Assembly (NCBI GenBank): GCA_049521795.1
Contig: JBEKOM010000001.1
Coordinates: forward strand, 192,001-256,000
Length of the DNA: 64,000 bases
DNA from: Candidatus Bathyarchaeia archaeon
GTDB lineage: Archaea > Thermoproteota > Bathyarchaeia > Bathyarchaeales > Bathycorpusculaceae
Reading direction: 5' to 3'
This document shows, piece by piece, positions 21,900 through 31,806 of this stretch. Each line of letters starts with the position of its first letter. The stretch's first letter is position 1. The notes beneath the pieces are model-generated. The model did no database searches. It saw only the letters and a list, made by a program, of their open reading frames with translations, and was not told the origin of the DNA. Position numbers and translations under genes: made by a program.

Positions 21900-23006
21900 T
21901 TATGCGATACCTATAGTGTTGCCTACGCCGACGACGATGACCGTGTCTCCTTCCTTGGTTCGTTCTTGGATAATGCTTCCGAGTCTCGAAATCACGCTGT
22001 CAGCGGCGTGAGAGACTTTCTCTGTGATCGGTGCTAACACTTCTTTCAGCGATTCCTTGATGACTATGGCGTAGATCGGGATCTTGCACTTGGTGGCTAC
22101 TTCTTCTATCTTGTACTTGTCAACGCCGATCCCGCCTATTGCGGCCCCTACGCCCTCTGCGATGTCCCCTGAGTCTTCACCCTCCAGTTTGAGACCAGCG
22201 TCAATCATTACGATCAGGGACACCTTTTCGTTGTTTGCCTCAATCAGACTGCTCACGGCGTCTCCTGACTTTCCGACGGTTCCACCAGGACCTTTAGCCT
22301 TTGTGACAATGACTCGTCTGCCGTCAAGTGTTGTTTCTGCCGCTATCATGTCTTTGGCCGCTTCAAACTTTTCGTGATCAGCCATGAGTTTTGATGCTGT
22401 CAAGGCGCCTATGCCGTCGCCGACCGGTGTGCCCTGTTTGAAAGCGTCCAGAAAAGAGATGTATGCTTCGGCTTCTTCCATGATCGTCGGCAGTTGCATT
22501 TGAATTTGCAAATTGCTGTAGAGTGTCCCGTCCTTTTTTCCTAGCAGGTAGTAATGGCGCACGACGCGATACATGTTGTTCAAAGCCTGTGTAGCTTCTA
22601 CGAGGTTCTGCAGATTCTCAAGTTGAACTTCGTCAGCGTGCGGCGCGATTGCTTTTACCTCGTTTTTGATTCGGATGTCTGCGGTGTCAAGAACGTGTTC
22701 GAGTCTATGGACAACTCCAGATGGGTCCATGCTGACAGGTTCAACGGTGAAGAACTGAAGGAGCGATTCCAGCCGGGGCGTTGGGTCCTTTTCAGGGCTG
22801 CCCACTTCGCTGATCGCCGAGATCACTGTTTGTTTAGCTTTGTCTCTCATGTTCCTTAGCTTGATCAGAGCTCTAGATATCTGACGCGACATTAGACCGG
22901 CTTGTATCCTTTGAGAGAAAAACAAGAAGATAAAGAACGTAAGCAGAGAAACCACGTTCACTATTGCGCCGATGAAGCTTGAATCTGGAATCAAGGACAC
23001 CTTCAC
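21900..23006 (-). CDS. DUF1512 family membrane-anchored protein
   Basis: N-terminal TM, P..MDP.G, GDGIG, KGPG, IDA.LKLEGE, GVGNT.G. Confidence 0.85.
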   Translation of the reverse strand: MKVSLIPDSSFIGAIVNVVSLLTFFIFLFFSQRIQAGLMSRQISRALIKLRNMRDKAKQTVISAISEVGSPEKDPTPRLESLLQFFTVEPVSMDPSGVVHRLEHVLDTADIRIKNEVKAIAPHADEVQLENLQNLVEATQALNNMYRVVRHYYLLGKKDGTLYSNLQIQMQLPTIMEEAEAYISFLDAFKQGTPVGDGIGALTASKLMADHEKFEAAKDMIAAETTLDGRRVIVTKAKGPGGTVGKSGDAVSSLIEANNEKVSLIVMIDAGLKLEGEDSGDIAEGVGAAIGGIGVDKYKIEEVATKCKIPIYAIVIKESLKEVLAPITEKVSHAADSVISRLGSIIQERTKEGDTVIVVGVGNTIGIA

Positions 23007-23611
23007 CGCCTCCTTCCATGAACAGCCTTGCCCATTGCTTCTGTTCTCTTCGGCTCCTCTAGCTGCGTCAGTCTTCTGTTGATTGCCCCAAGCTCTTTTT
23101 GCAGCTCCTTCATCATACCTTCAATCTGTGCTCGCTTGCCCTCTAACACGCTGGTCGTATCTTCAGGTTTTCTCTTCCTCTCTTCAAGAAAGACTGAGAA
23201 AAAGTTCGGTATCCTCGGCACTGGAATCGGGTTCATTCGTATGTCCAACACGTCTTTCATAAAGTCTCTGAACAAGTCGCTCATGCTGTTGGCGATCTGA
23301 CTCTCTTTGCCAAGGGCTCGCTGGAGAACCAGCTCGCCCGTCCCCGTGACCTTGTACGTTTTTCGTCTTCTCTTCTTTTGAACATCCCATTCTCCCTCTA
23401 TGTACCGGGACTTTTCCAAGTTTTGAAGTATGGGATAGATGCCGCCAGCCGTCGGTCTCCAGAAGCCCCCGGTCCTCTCTTTGATCTCTCTCATTATTTC
23501 GTAGCCGTGATATGGCTTCTTGCTTAGAAGAATCAGAACCGCAATTCGGATGTAGCCCTTCTGGGTTTCCTTAAGCCAATGCGCAGCCGTTTTCTCTTCT
23601 TCCGAGATCAT
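23003..23611 (-). CDS. PadR family regulator
   Basis: HGYEIM, W.P..G.IYP.L..LE, RRK.Y. Confidence 0.9.
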   Translation of the reverse strand: MISEEEKTAAHWLKETQKGYIRIAVLILLSKKPYHGYEIMREIKERTGGFWRPTAGGIYPILQNLEKSRYIEGEWDVQKKRRRKTYKVTGTGELVLQRALGKESQIANSMSDLFRDFMKDVLDIRMNPIPVPRIPNFFSVFLEERKRKPEDTTSVLEGKRAQIEGMMKELQKELGAINRRLTQLEEPKRTEAMGKAVHGRRR

Positions 23612-23716
23612 CGTCTTTCAGCCATACTGCATGTAATCGGAATATTTATATTTTACTTCGATATATTGCGTTCCGTAATATATGAACATCATTTCACACT
23701 GAGGAGGATGCATGAA

Positions 23717-26134
23717 ATGGTAAACGAGCTGTCTGCAGAAAGGCTGAGAAGAGAATGCGACCCTAATCTTTTGCATTGTGAGACGACGCAGGAGCTAGTC
23801 CCCCTTCAAGAAATTATTGGCCAGGAAAGGGCTGTCAGAGCGCTCAAGTTCGGGTTAGGAATCAGGGAACGCGGATTTAACATCTATGTTGCGGGCCTCC
23901 CCGGAACAGGAAAGAAAACGGCCGTTAGAAACTTCTTGGAAGAAACGGCTCAAACCAAGCCGGTGCCCTCAGACTGGTGTTACGTGTACAACTTTCGCAA
24001 CCCGTACGAGCCTAAAGCCATGAGGCTCCCTCCGGGCAAAGGGAAACACTTTCGAGACGACATGACCACCTTCATCAATGAAGCATTGAGAATTCTGCCA
24101 AAATCCTTTGAAAGCGAGGATTACGGCGTAAGAAGAGCGAATACCGTTAAGACTGTTGAGGAGGAAAGGCAGAAACTCATCGGACAGCTTACGAAACGGG
24201 CCCAAGAGGAAGGTTTCATCCTTCAAGCGTCACCTGTGGGTTGGCTCATGATTCCAGTAATCAAAGGAAAACCTGTGAATGACGAAGAATTCATGAAATT
24301 AGACCAGAAAACTCGAGAGGGAATCGAGAAGAAGAGAGAACAGCTGAGCGAGCAATTCCTGAACGCCATGAGACAACTCAGAGAACTGGAGGGGAAAGCC
24401 GACGCAGAGCTCAAGAAATTAAACCACGAGGTTGCCCTCTTCGCCATCGGACACATAGTGACTGATTTGAAAGAAGAATTCAAGGATTTCCCTGATGTCG
24501 TCTCTCACGTAGAAAACGTACAGAATGACATCCTCGATAACCTATCCCGGTTCATAAAGGGTCCGGAAGAGCAACCGCAGACTCCTTTCCCAGTTCCTTG
24601 GATGAGAGAGACTCCATTCAGAAAGTACGAGGTAAACCTTCTCGTTGATAACTCGGATGTTAAGGGAGCTCCTGTGATAATGGAATCTAACCCCACTTAT
24701 CAGAACCTTTTTGGTCGAGTGGAAAAGGAGGCTCAGCTTGGAGCGCTTGTGACGGACTTCACCATGATCCGTGGGGGTTCCATACACAAGGCCAATGGCG
24801 GCTATCTGATTCTTCCAGTTGAAGAGCTATTGCGCAACCTTTTTTCATATGACAGCTTGAAAAGAGCGCTCAAGAACGAGCATATTGTCATCGAAGAGGC
24901 GGAAGAGCGTCTAGGCTTCATGAGCACTAAGAGCTTGAAACCTGAGCCCATTTCCTTGGATGTCAAGGTGATTCTCATTGGAGACCCCTACCTTTACCAA
25001 GAATTGTACATCTTGGACACGGAGTTTAACCAGCTCTTCAAGGTTAAGGCAGACTTTGATACGACGATGGATCGGACAGAAGAGAACATACAGCAATATG
25101 CAGCTTTTGTGTGCACGCTATGCCAGAAGGAGAATCTGAAACACCTCGATGGCTCAGCCCTAGCCAAATTGGTCGAACACAGCTCAAGATTGGCTGAAGA
25201 CCAGCAAAAACTCTCCACCAGGTTCGCTGAGGTCGCTGACATCATTCGCGAAGCCAACTTCTACGCGACACAAGATAACTCGGATTTCATGACTGGAACT
25301 CACGTGAAAAAAGCTATCGAAGAAAAGGTCTACCGTTCAAAATTGATTCAAGAGAAGATTCAAGAGATGATCAAGAGAGGGTTCCTCCTCATCGATACGG
25401 ACGCAGAGAATGTGGGTCAAGTCAATGGCCTTTCCGTGATAGGTCTGGGTGACTTCGACTTTGGCACTCCTTCGCGAGTAACGACCAGCGTGGGTCTGGG
25501 TCGAGAAGGCGTTATCGACATTGAAAGGGAGGCTAAGATGGGAGGACCGATCCACACAAAAGGGGTCCTTATTCTAAGCGGCTACCTCAATGAGAAGTAC
25601 GCGCAGGACAAGCCTCTCAGTCTCTCAGCCCGCCTTGTTTTTGAGCAGAACTATGAGGGAGTTGAGGGTGACAGCGCTTCAAGCACCGAACTCTACGCTA
25701 TACTTTCGGCCCTGTCTAACCTGCCTATAAAACAAAACATAGCCGTCACTGGCTCAGTGAACCAGAAGGGCGAGGTTCAAGCCATCGGCGGAGTGAACGA
25801 AAAAATCGAAGGCTTCTTCGAAGTCTGCAAGGCCAAAGGATTCACCGGCAAACAGGGAGTGATGATACCAGAGAGCAACGTGCAGAACCTGATGCTTAAA
25901 GAGGAAGTGGTGCAGGCAGCTCAACAAGGAAAATTCCACGTATACCCCGTCAAAAGCATCGATGAAGGAATAGAAATTTTGACAGGGGTCAAAGCCGGCC
26001 AAAGGCAAGAAGATGGATCTTTCGAGAAAGAAACTGTTAACTACAGAGTGGACAAACGACTCAGAGAAATGGCCGAAAAACTCAGAGAATTTCCACAGTA
26101 TTTCACTGAAGAAAAGAAGAAAACTGAGAGTTAG
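23717..26134 (+). CDS. Lon-family protease (LonC-like)
   Basis: IGQERA, GLPGTGK, ANGGYL, EGDSAS (Ser), EKIEGF (Lys); probable start ATG 23717 or 23708 near GAGGAGG. Confidence 0.92.
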   Translation: MVNELSAERLRRECDPNLLHCETTQELVPLQEIIGQERAVRALKFGLGIRERGFNIYVAGLPGTGKKTAVRNFLEETAQTKPVPSDWCYVYNFRNPYEPKAMRLPPGKGKHFRDDMTTFINEALRILPKSFESEDYGVRRANTVKTVEEERQKLIGQLTKRAQEEGFILQASPVGWLMIPVIKGKPVNDEEFMKLDQKTREGIEKKREQLSEQFLNAMRQLRELEGKADAELKKLNHEVALFAIGHIVTDLKEEFKDFPDVVSHVENVQNDILDNLSRFIKGPEEQPQTPFPVPWMRETPFRKYEVNLLVDNSDVKGAPVIMESNPTYQNLFGRVEKEAQLGALVTDFTMIRGGSIHKANGGYLILPVEELLRNLFSYDSLKRALKNEHIVIEEAEERLGFMSTKSLKPEPISLDVKVILIGDPYLYQELYILDTEFNQLFKVKADFDTTMDRTEENIQQYAAFVCTLCQKENLKHLDGSALAKLVEHSSRLAEDQQKLSTRFAEVADIIREANFYATQDNSDFMTGTHVKKAIEEKVYRSKLIQEKIQEMIKRGFLLIDTDAENVGQVNGLSVIGLGDFDFGTPSRVTTSVGLGREGVIDIEREAKMGGPIHTKGVLILSGYLNEKYAQDKPLSLSARLVFEQNYEGVEGDSASSTELYAILSALSNLPIKQNIAVTGSVNQKGEVQAIGGVNEKIEGFFEVCKAKGFTGKQGVMIPESNVQNLMLKEEVVQAAQQGKFHVYPVKSIDEGIEILTGVKAGQRQEDGSFEKETVNYRVDKRLREMAEKLREFPQYFTEEKKKTES

Positions 26135-26246
26135 CCACAGAAAAAAAATCGCGCCCGCCGAAGATTGTTGTTCGCTAGCAAAGGCTAGAATGACAAAAAC
26201 CGACGTCTCTGCCGCTAGTTCGGAAAATCTCCAAAAACCGCCGTGG

Positions 26247-26699
26247 CTATTCTATCTCTCTCGTTTTTGGAAAAGTCGCCTTCATTTTCTTAATGAATTT
26301 GTTTTCGAAATCAAGGGCTTCCATCGTGTCGGTAATCTCTTCCACATCCTCGTCAGAGGCGTATTCAACGGGTTTTCCGGTCAGTTCGTCGAGTGCGAGC
26401 CCGCACGAGTATATGATGATCCCTTCTTCTGATGGCGAGATCACTACGTGCACGCCTGACCTCTGCGCCGCTTTAATGTACTGTTGCAGACTGAATGGAT
26501 ACAGCAGGGTTCTCAGTGTCAGCGGCACCAGCGCGCCTTCCCGAGCCAGCAGGGTTTCGCTGGCTTCTTTGGTTTTCTCTTCTTTCATCACCTTTAAGCC
26601 CATTTCTTTGAAGGCTTTTCGACAGGCCAAAGCCACATCGTCGACCTTGGCTTCTGGAATTAACAGCTTTCTTTCCAAACACACAGCATCATGTGCCAT
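26247..26699 (-). CDS. Hypothetical protein
   Basis: 150 aa ORF with protein-like composition; no motif recognised. Confidence 0.6.
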   Translation of the reverse strand: MAHDAVCLERKLLIPEAKVDDVALACRKAFKEMGLKVMKEEKTKEASETLLAREGALVPLTLRTLLYPFSLQQYIKAAQRSGVHVVISPSEEGIIIYSCGLALDELTGKPVEYASDEDVEEITDTMEALDFENKFIKKMKATFPKTREIE

Positions 26700-26881
26700 T
26701 CGAGGACCTCACAGCCAATGACTTCTCGCTTTCTTATTACGCTTTCCGGGCGTGAGGAATTATTAGATGAGTACACCTAGTTCAGGTTCCCAGTTCGTGC
26801 AATTGCGAGTGGCTCAAGATCAAAGCTTCTTTGGAACCGAGGAATGTAATTCGATAACCGAAGTTGGCAAACGATGATCAA

Positions 26882-27010
26882 GCAACATTGGCATTAGTCT
26901 TCGACGTAAGGGTCAGCGCAATCTTTGCACTTTACGCAGCTTGGCGTGCTTCAATGCTTAAACCAGTAGAAACCCTAAGATACAAGTACGACATGACCAA
27001 ACCGATCTAA
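26882..27010 (+). pseudogene. C-terminal remnant of a MacB/FtsX-type ABC permease
   Basis: Reads ATLALVFDVRVSAIFALYAAWRASMLKPVETLRYK, matching the YPAWRAS.L.PV.ALRYE terminus; no start codon, upstream stop. Confidence 0.65.
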
Positions 27011-27023
27011 GCACGCACAAAGG

Positions 27024-27974
27024 TTGCTGGCAATGCCTGAAATAGAGAACACCGATGGTTCCTTGAAAACATCTGACGAAATGGACCAAAGCGGAGTTTC
27101 GGAAAGCGTGGGCAGCAACGGCAAACGCGGGCCTAGGGGAAAGAAGTTTTACGTTCTCGGGCTCGTCATAGTGTTCGTGGCGGTGTACTCTCAATATCTG
27201 TTTCAATACTGGGGGGTTCATCTCGGCCTGATTTCCGGGTCTCTACTTGTTTATGGAGTCCCAGTACTGGCTATTACCTTGCTTTTGGGAACAGCGACAA
27301 TCAGGAGATTCTTCAAGAACACTTATTCCGGGTTAAAGCTCGGTTTAGGATTATTCGGGGCTTTCACAGTCTTAGGAATAGTTTTGGCTGCGGTGATTCT
27401 TATTTTCTTGGCTGCGCTTGACCCTTCCACCATAAAACTGCTGGATAACCCTAATCCTGTGCTGCAAGTTTCTCCTGATTTTGCTTGGATCATGGTGGGC
27501 GTCTCCTTTCTGGTGACGGGGCCAGCTGAAGAGTACATCTTCAGAGGTTTTATGTTCGGGGGATTACTTGGCATCTTCAAAAATCGCCACTGGTTGATCC
27601 TCGCCTTCGTTTCCTCTCTTCTGTTCAGTGCCACGCATCTCTACTATGCTTTCGCGTATGGACCAGCCTCGTTGGTTCAATTCGCCGATCTAGTTACTTT
27701 CGGGATGGCTATGGCTGGAACTTACTATTTCTCAGGCGGCAATCTGTTTGCCCCAGCGCTGATCCACGGCGCCTTTGATGCGACGGCATTCGTCGGAGTA
27801 GCGACTTCTACAATTGTCGGCACAGGCCTCAGAGCATTCATGATACTGCTAGGAATAACAGTTGCATTCTTGCTGTACATTCAGAGAGGAAGCAGAAGAA
27901 ATCAAATTCCAAGCAACCTGCCTCAGGAAAACACACGCGCGACGGGGTTCCTCGGCGGAGCAGACCAGATTTAG
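27024..27974 (+). CDS. CPBP (CAAX/Abi) intramembrane metalloprotease
   Basis: EEYIFRG, F...H, H...D motifs; multiple TM segments. Confidence 0.9.
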   Translation: MLAMPEIENTDGSLKTSDEMDQSGVSESVGSNGKRGPRGKKFYVLGLVIVFVAVYSQYLFQYWGVHLGLISGSLLVYGVPVLAITLLLGTATIRRFFKNTYSGLKLGLGLFGAFTVLGIVLAAVILIFLAALDPSTIKLLDNPNPVLQVSPDFAWIMVGVSFLVTGPAEEYIFRGFMFGGLLGIFKNRHWLILAFVSSLLFSATHLYYAFAYGPASLVQFADLVTFGMAMAGTYYFSGGNLFAPALIHGAFDATAFVGVATSTIVGTGLRAFMILLGITVAFLLYIQRGSRRNQIPSNLPQENTRATGFLGGADQI

Positions 27975-28083
27975 AAATGCACCGGCTCACGACGTTTCCC
28001 GTAGGCTCCCTCTTCTTTTTCAGCCGCATTTAATGGCAAAGGTCATTAAAGCATATTAGCGTCCTCTGGTAATAGGCCACTTC

Positions 28084-28887
28084 ATGAACTACACAGAAAG
28101 ACAGGAGATAATCGCTCGGTCGCCTATTTCTTTTGCCTATCTGAAGCGGTTCAATGCTGCTGCAGGTGTTTTGCACCTGATTCAAGGAATCTTAATGTTG
28201 AGTTTGGGCTTCGTATTGAATTGGCCCATAAGCGTGTACACGTTCTACCTGAAAGCCGGCAGTTTACCGTGGATGCCTAACCCTCAGATCATCTTCACGT
28301 TCAACAATCTAGGAGTCATACTAGCGACTTTCCCTCTGATTTCTGCGATAGCGCATTTTACAATTGCTTATCCGAAGAACAAAAGCTACGATGAGAATCT
28401 GAAGAAGGGCATGAACCCTTATCGCTGGTACGAGTATGCCTTCTCAAGCTCCATAATGATAGCGCTGATAGCAACCTTTGTCGGCATCTGGGATTTCTGG
28501 TCCCTCTCAATGATTTTTGTGTTGAACGCGATGATGATAATGTTCGGATACCTGATGGAACTGGTGAATCAGAAGACAGAGAAGACGAACTGGTCCGCAT
28601 TCAGCCTTGGCTGCATCTCTGGCGGCCTCCCATGGGTCGTGATTTTCGCCTACTTCGTAGCCGCCGTCAACTCCTCAACCGCTGGTCCGCCTACGTTCGT
28701 GTACTTCATACTCTTCACTTACTTCGCTCTCTTCATGGTCTTCGCAGTCAACATGGTTCTGCAGTACAGGGGCGTCGGACGCTGGAAAGACTATCTTTAC
28801 GGCGAAAGAGCCTACATAATCCTCAGTTTCGTAGCGAAAACACTCCTAGCCTGGCTAGTGTTCGCCGGAGTATTCATGCCACATTAA
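28084..28887 (+). CDS. Heliorhodopsin
   Basis: LH..QG, AHF, NPYRWYEYAFSS, YLYGE..YI.LSFVAK..LAW (retinal-binding Lys). Confidence 0.95.
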   Translation: MNYTERQEIIARSPISFAYLKRFNAAAGVLHLIQGILMLSLGFVLNWPISVYTFYLKAGSLPWMPNPQIIFTFNNLGVILATFPLISAIAHFTIAYPKNKSYDENLKKGMNPYRWYEYAFSSSIMIALIATFVGIWDFWSLSMIFVLNAMMIMFGYLMELVNQKTEKTNWSAFSLGCISGGLPWVVIFAYFVAAVNSSTAGPPTFVYFILFTYFALFMVFAVNMVLQYRGVGRWKDYLYGERAYIILSFVAKTLLAWLVFAGVFMPH

Positions 28888-28963
28888 ACATTCAAGAACA
28901 AATCGCTCTTAGGATGCACCAAGTAATCTGGAGGCAGCTGCAAAAACCCAAAAACATTTCTTG

Positions 28964-29644
28964 TCAGAGCATTCGCATTAGTTCCGCAGTCGACTTGACC
29001 TTCAAGAACACGTCTTTTGCTAGCTTTACTACTGCATCATGATTTTCTTTGGTGGTTCCAGTGCATGCGTCCTCAATTAAGAGAACGTCGTACCCTATGT
29101 CTCCGCCGCAGATTGCGGTTGCGAGAACGCATTGATCAGTTAGGAACCCCGTTACGATGATACTGTCAATATCCATGTTCCTCAGAACGAAGTCCAGATT
29201 GGTCCCCGTAAACGCTCCCCCATTTGTCTTTGGGAAAATCAACTCTCCTTTCGCTGGTTTCACTTCATCCAAGAACCTGCCTTTTTCCGCGTCCATAGGC
29301 ACAATGAAGTCAGCTTTTCTGTTTATCTTGGCTGTATGCCTGGGGTTGCTTGTCTGTGCCCCTAGCTTAATGTGCACTATGTCGTAGCCTTTCTTCCTGC
29401 AGACTTGCAGTATTCTACGGGCGTTTTTCACTGCTTTCTTGACCCTTTCATCATATTCTCGCAGAGCTTCTCTCACTTCTCTTTCAGGCAGCCCTGCCCC
29501 CAGTGCTTCTTGTAGCAATGGTTTTGAGCTAACGAGGTTTTGAATGTCAATCAGAAGTAACGCAGTCTTTCCAGGCTTTATTTCGAAGTCAGGAAGCGGC
29601 TTCGCCAAGGCTTTAAAGACATCGTCCATACTTAATTTTCCCAT
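28964..29644 (-). CDS. Isochorismatase/cysteine hydrolase family
   Basis: ALLLIDIQN, K...GAF..T.L, G..TDQCV catalytic D-K-C. Confidence 0.9.
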   Translation of the reverse strand: MGKLSMDDVFKALAKPLPDFEIKPGKTALLLIDIQNLVSSKPLLQEALGAGLPEREVREALREYDERVKKAVKNARRILQVCRKKGYDIVHIKLGAQTSNPRHTAKINRKADFIVPMDAEKGRFLDEVKPAKGELIFPKTNGGAFTGTNLDFVLRNMDIDSIIVTGFLTDQCVLATAICGGDIGYDVLLIEDACTGTTKENHDAVVKLAKDVFLKVKSTAELMRML

Positions 29645-29777
29645 TGGACAACCTCACAACCATTTTTGGCTCTACGACTAAGAGATAATTGCAATTACGC
29701 GCAGCGCATATTTATAATTTGAAGACTTGCACATGCCTCGAAGTTCTATTCGTGTTCAGAGTCGGTTGTGATTATCT

Positions 29778-30338
29778 TCACCGACTCTCTGGCATTGACT
29801 CCTTCAGGAAGTTTGTTATGATTTCTGGGTTAAGGACTTCAGGATGGAACAGACATCCGTAGAATCTTCTATGTTTGTGCTTGACTATGCACTTCAAGTT
29901 GCCAGATTCGCCGAGTGTCTCAAAGCCTTCGCTCGGTTCCACCGCCTTAGAATTCAAGAAATAGGAATAGAATTCATCCTTGGACGCCACACCACTTTTT
30001 CTGATAATCTTCACCTTGTATCTGCCGATTTTCGTTCTTTCAATGATGTGGCCATTGAAGAGTTTCGCAAGGATCTGCATTCCCGCGCAAATGCCAAGGA
30101 TCGGTTTCCGCGATTCATTTATCCACGTGAATTTTCTTGTGCTATCCAGATATTTGAAATCCTTCAAGGCTGTTCCGCATATGATCACTTTTTCTGCTCG
30201 GCTGATGTCACGGTGATTCAGACTCAGGAAGTGCCTTGTGAAGAATTCTGCTCCAACTTTTTCTAGAATGTCTTCGACAGGTTTGACAAACTCCAGATAG
30301 CTGAGCTTGTCTGAACACACGTTTACTATCAGAATCAT
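29778..30338 (-). CDS. Class I glutamine amidotransferase
   Basis: PILGICAGMQ and FHPE triad; 4-nt overlap with dph6. Confidence 0.85.
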   Translation of the reverse strand: MILIVNVCSDKLSYLEFVKPVEDILEKVGAEFFTRHFLSLNHRDISRAEKVIICGTALKDFKYLDSTRKFTWINESRKPILGICAGMQILAKLFNGHIIERTKIGRYKVKIIRKSGVASKDEFYSYFLNSKAVEPSEGFETLGESGNLKCIVKHKHRRFYGCLFHPEVLNPEIITNFLKESMPESR

Positions 30339-31015
30339 TTGTCGATTAACCTCAGACTTTTTATCCTGAACATGCCGGAGTAATTCTTGTAAGAGACCTC
30401 ATAGTCTAGGATTTCTAGCCTTTTCTTGAAAAAAGGGGCGTCTGTCACGGTTGTTTCTATTTCCCCACCTTCTCCAGCGGGGCTTAAACCATACTCTTCC
30501 TTCAACCTTGCTAGCTTCTGAATCAGTTCGTCATCCAAGCTTTTTCCCAAGAATTCTCTGTCCAAGGGAAAAGCGAACACGCCAGATATGATAACTTCAT
30601 ATTTACTTTTGACAACTTCGTTCAGAAGCTCTATTTCATCCTTTAGCCATAAGGGGTTGAAGCACCACAAACCGAGCTGTTTACAGATTCTTTGTACGCG
30701 TGTTGACTGATAGATTGATCTTACTGCGCCTGTCACTATTCCTTCCAAGTCGAAGTCGGCCTTGGCCGCACAGATAGCTCTTTTCAGGTCTTCGAGTTCC
30801 TTCTCTTTCTTGCCTTCCGTTCTTCTCTGAACCAGCGGCAACCCGATAGCTTCAGCCTGTTTACCAGTCAATTCTATGTTGGGAACATGAAACATGTAGC
30901 TCTCCTCACTTTCAGAGATCAAGCTTATCAGACAAACCACATCATGAAAACTCTGAGATTTGCACAACGCCAAACACGAGTCTTTTCCGCCTGAGAAAAG
31001 CACTCCGACTCTCAT
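30335..31015 (-). CDS. dph6: Diphthine--ammonia ligase family (PP-loop ATPase)
   Basis: SGGKDS, SYMFH, TGA..S.YQ, PLW, GEGGE.ET. Confidence 0.88.
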   Translation of the reverse strand: MRVGVLFSGGKDSCLALCKSQSFHDVVCLISLISESEESYMFHVPNIELTGKQAEAIGLPLVQRRTEGKKEKELEDLKRAICAAKADFDLEGIVTGAVRSIYQSTRVQRICKQLGLWCFNPLWLKDEIELLNEVVKSKYEVIISGVFAFPLDREFLGKSLDDELIQKLARLKEEYGLSPAGEGGEIETTVTDAPFFKKRLEILDYEVSYKNYSGMFRIKSLRLIDK

Positions 31016-31388
31016 GACAGGTGACTGAAACGCCTTGTTTTATAAAGGCATCCTCCTCGTCAAGACTCAACGCGATCTTCAGGGTCTTCTTCAGGAAGTC
31101 AGCTGAGTTTGGCGCGCGCAATCAGGGTGCACGCGCGCTTGTTCTTAGATTCTGCTGAAAAGAGAGCATTGCGTTTTCTCATGGTCGATGGTTACTGTCA
31201 CGGTTCGAGCGGTGTTCTCTTGCTCTCACACCCTCCCCCCGGTATCCTATATGACCCAAATATGACCGAAGAGCAAAATGGGCAGCACAAGCTACTTTCA
31301 AAGAGAATTTAGGAACACGCTAGAACGCTTCTTCTTCGTTCTAAGCGCTTTCGACTACGGTTCATGTCAGAATTGATTGCAGGATTTC

Positions 31389-31652
31389 TCAAAGGGAGAT
31401 TTTTCGTCCTCGACAAGCGCGGGCGACGATGGAGCTTACAGTGCTCTTAACACCTTTGATCTTCATAACCCTGTTCTTGAGAATGTCCCTGAACTCCTCA
31501 ATGTCAGACGCTGAAAACAGAGTCACAATATCAAACTCGCCCGTTACCTCGTACAACTCCTCGAGATTGTCAAGTTTTGACAGTGCCGCTACTACGTTGT
31601 CCATTTCTGGTGACTCCACGAAGATGTCGACGAACGCTAGTAGGCGGGACAT
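31389..31652 (-). CDS. Stand-alone Lrp/AsnC ligand-binding (RAM) domain, copy 1
   Basis: EVTGEFDIV...I.GVKST; no HTH; paralog of 37528-37797. Confidence 0.85.
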   Translation of the reverse strand: MSRLLAFVDIFVESPEMDNVVAALSKLDNLEELYEVTGEFDIVTLFSASDIEEFRDILKNRVMKIKGVKSTVSSIVARACRGRKISL

Positions 31653-31671
31653 GTATGATCATCTTTCTCAC

Positions 31672-31692
31672 AGGGACACGGGCCGTGTCCCT
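31672..31692. promoter_or_regulatory. Perfect inverted repeat between the putative TATA box and the start of RAM copy 1
   Basis: AGGGACACGG-G-CCGTGTCCCT, adjacent to TTTAAA (31692-31697). Confidence 0.45.
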
Positions 31693-31806
31693 TTAAACCT
31701 TTCGGTAAACAGGACTGGTGGGACGCTGATTGCAGGCGGAGATGAAATTTGCGTCTGTTGGAAAAGGATGTTGCCGAAGGCTCTGTGGCTTCAATGGGAT
31801 TCTGGT

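Noticed and set aside
23579-23716. Extended Lon N-terminus, or an intein in Lon
   Set aside because: The extension overlaps padR and the promoter region; no intein motifs seen
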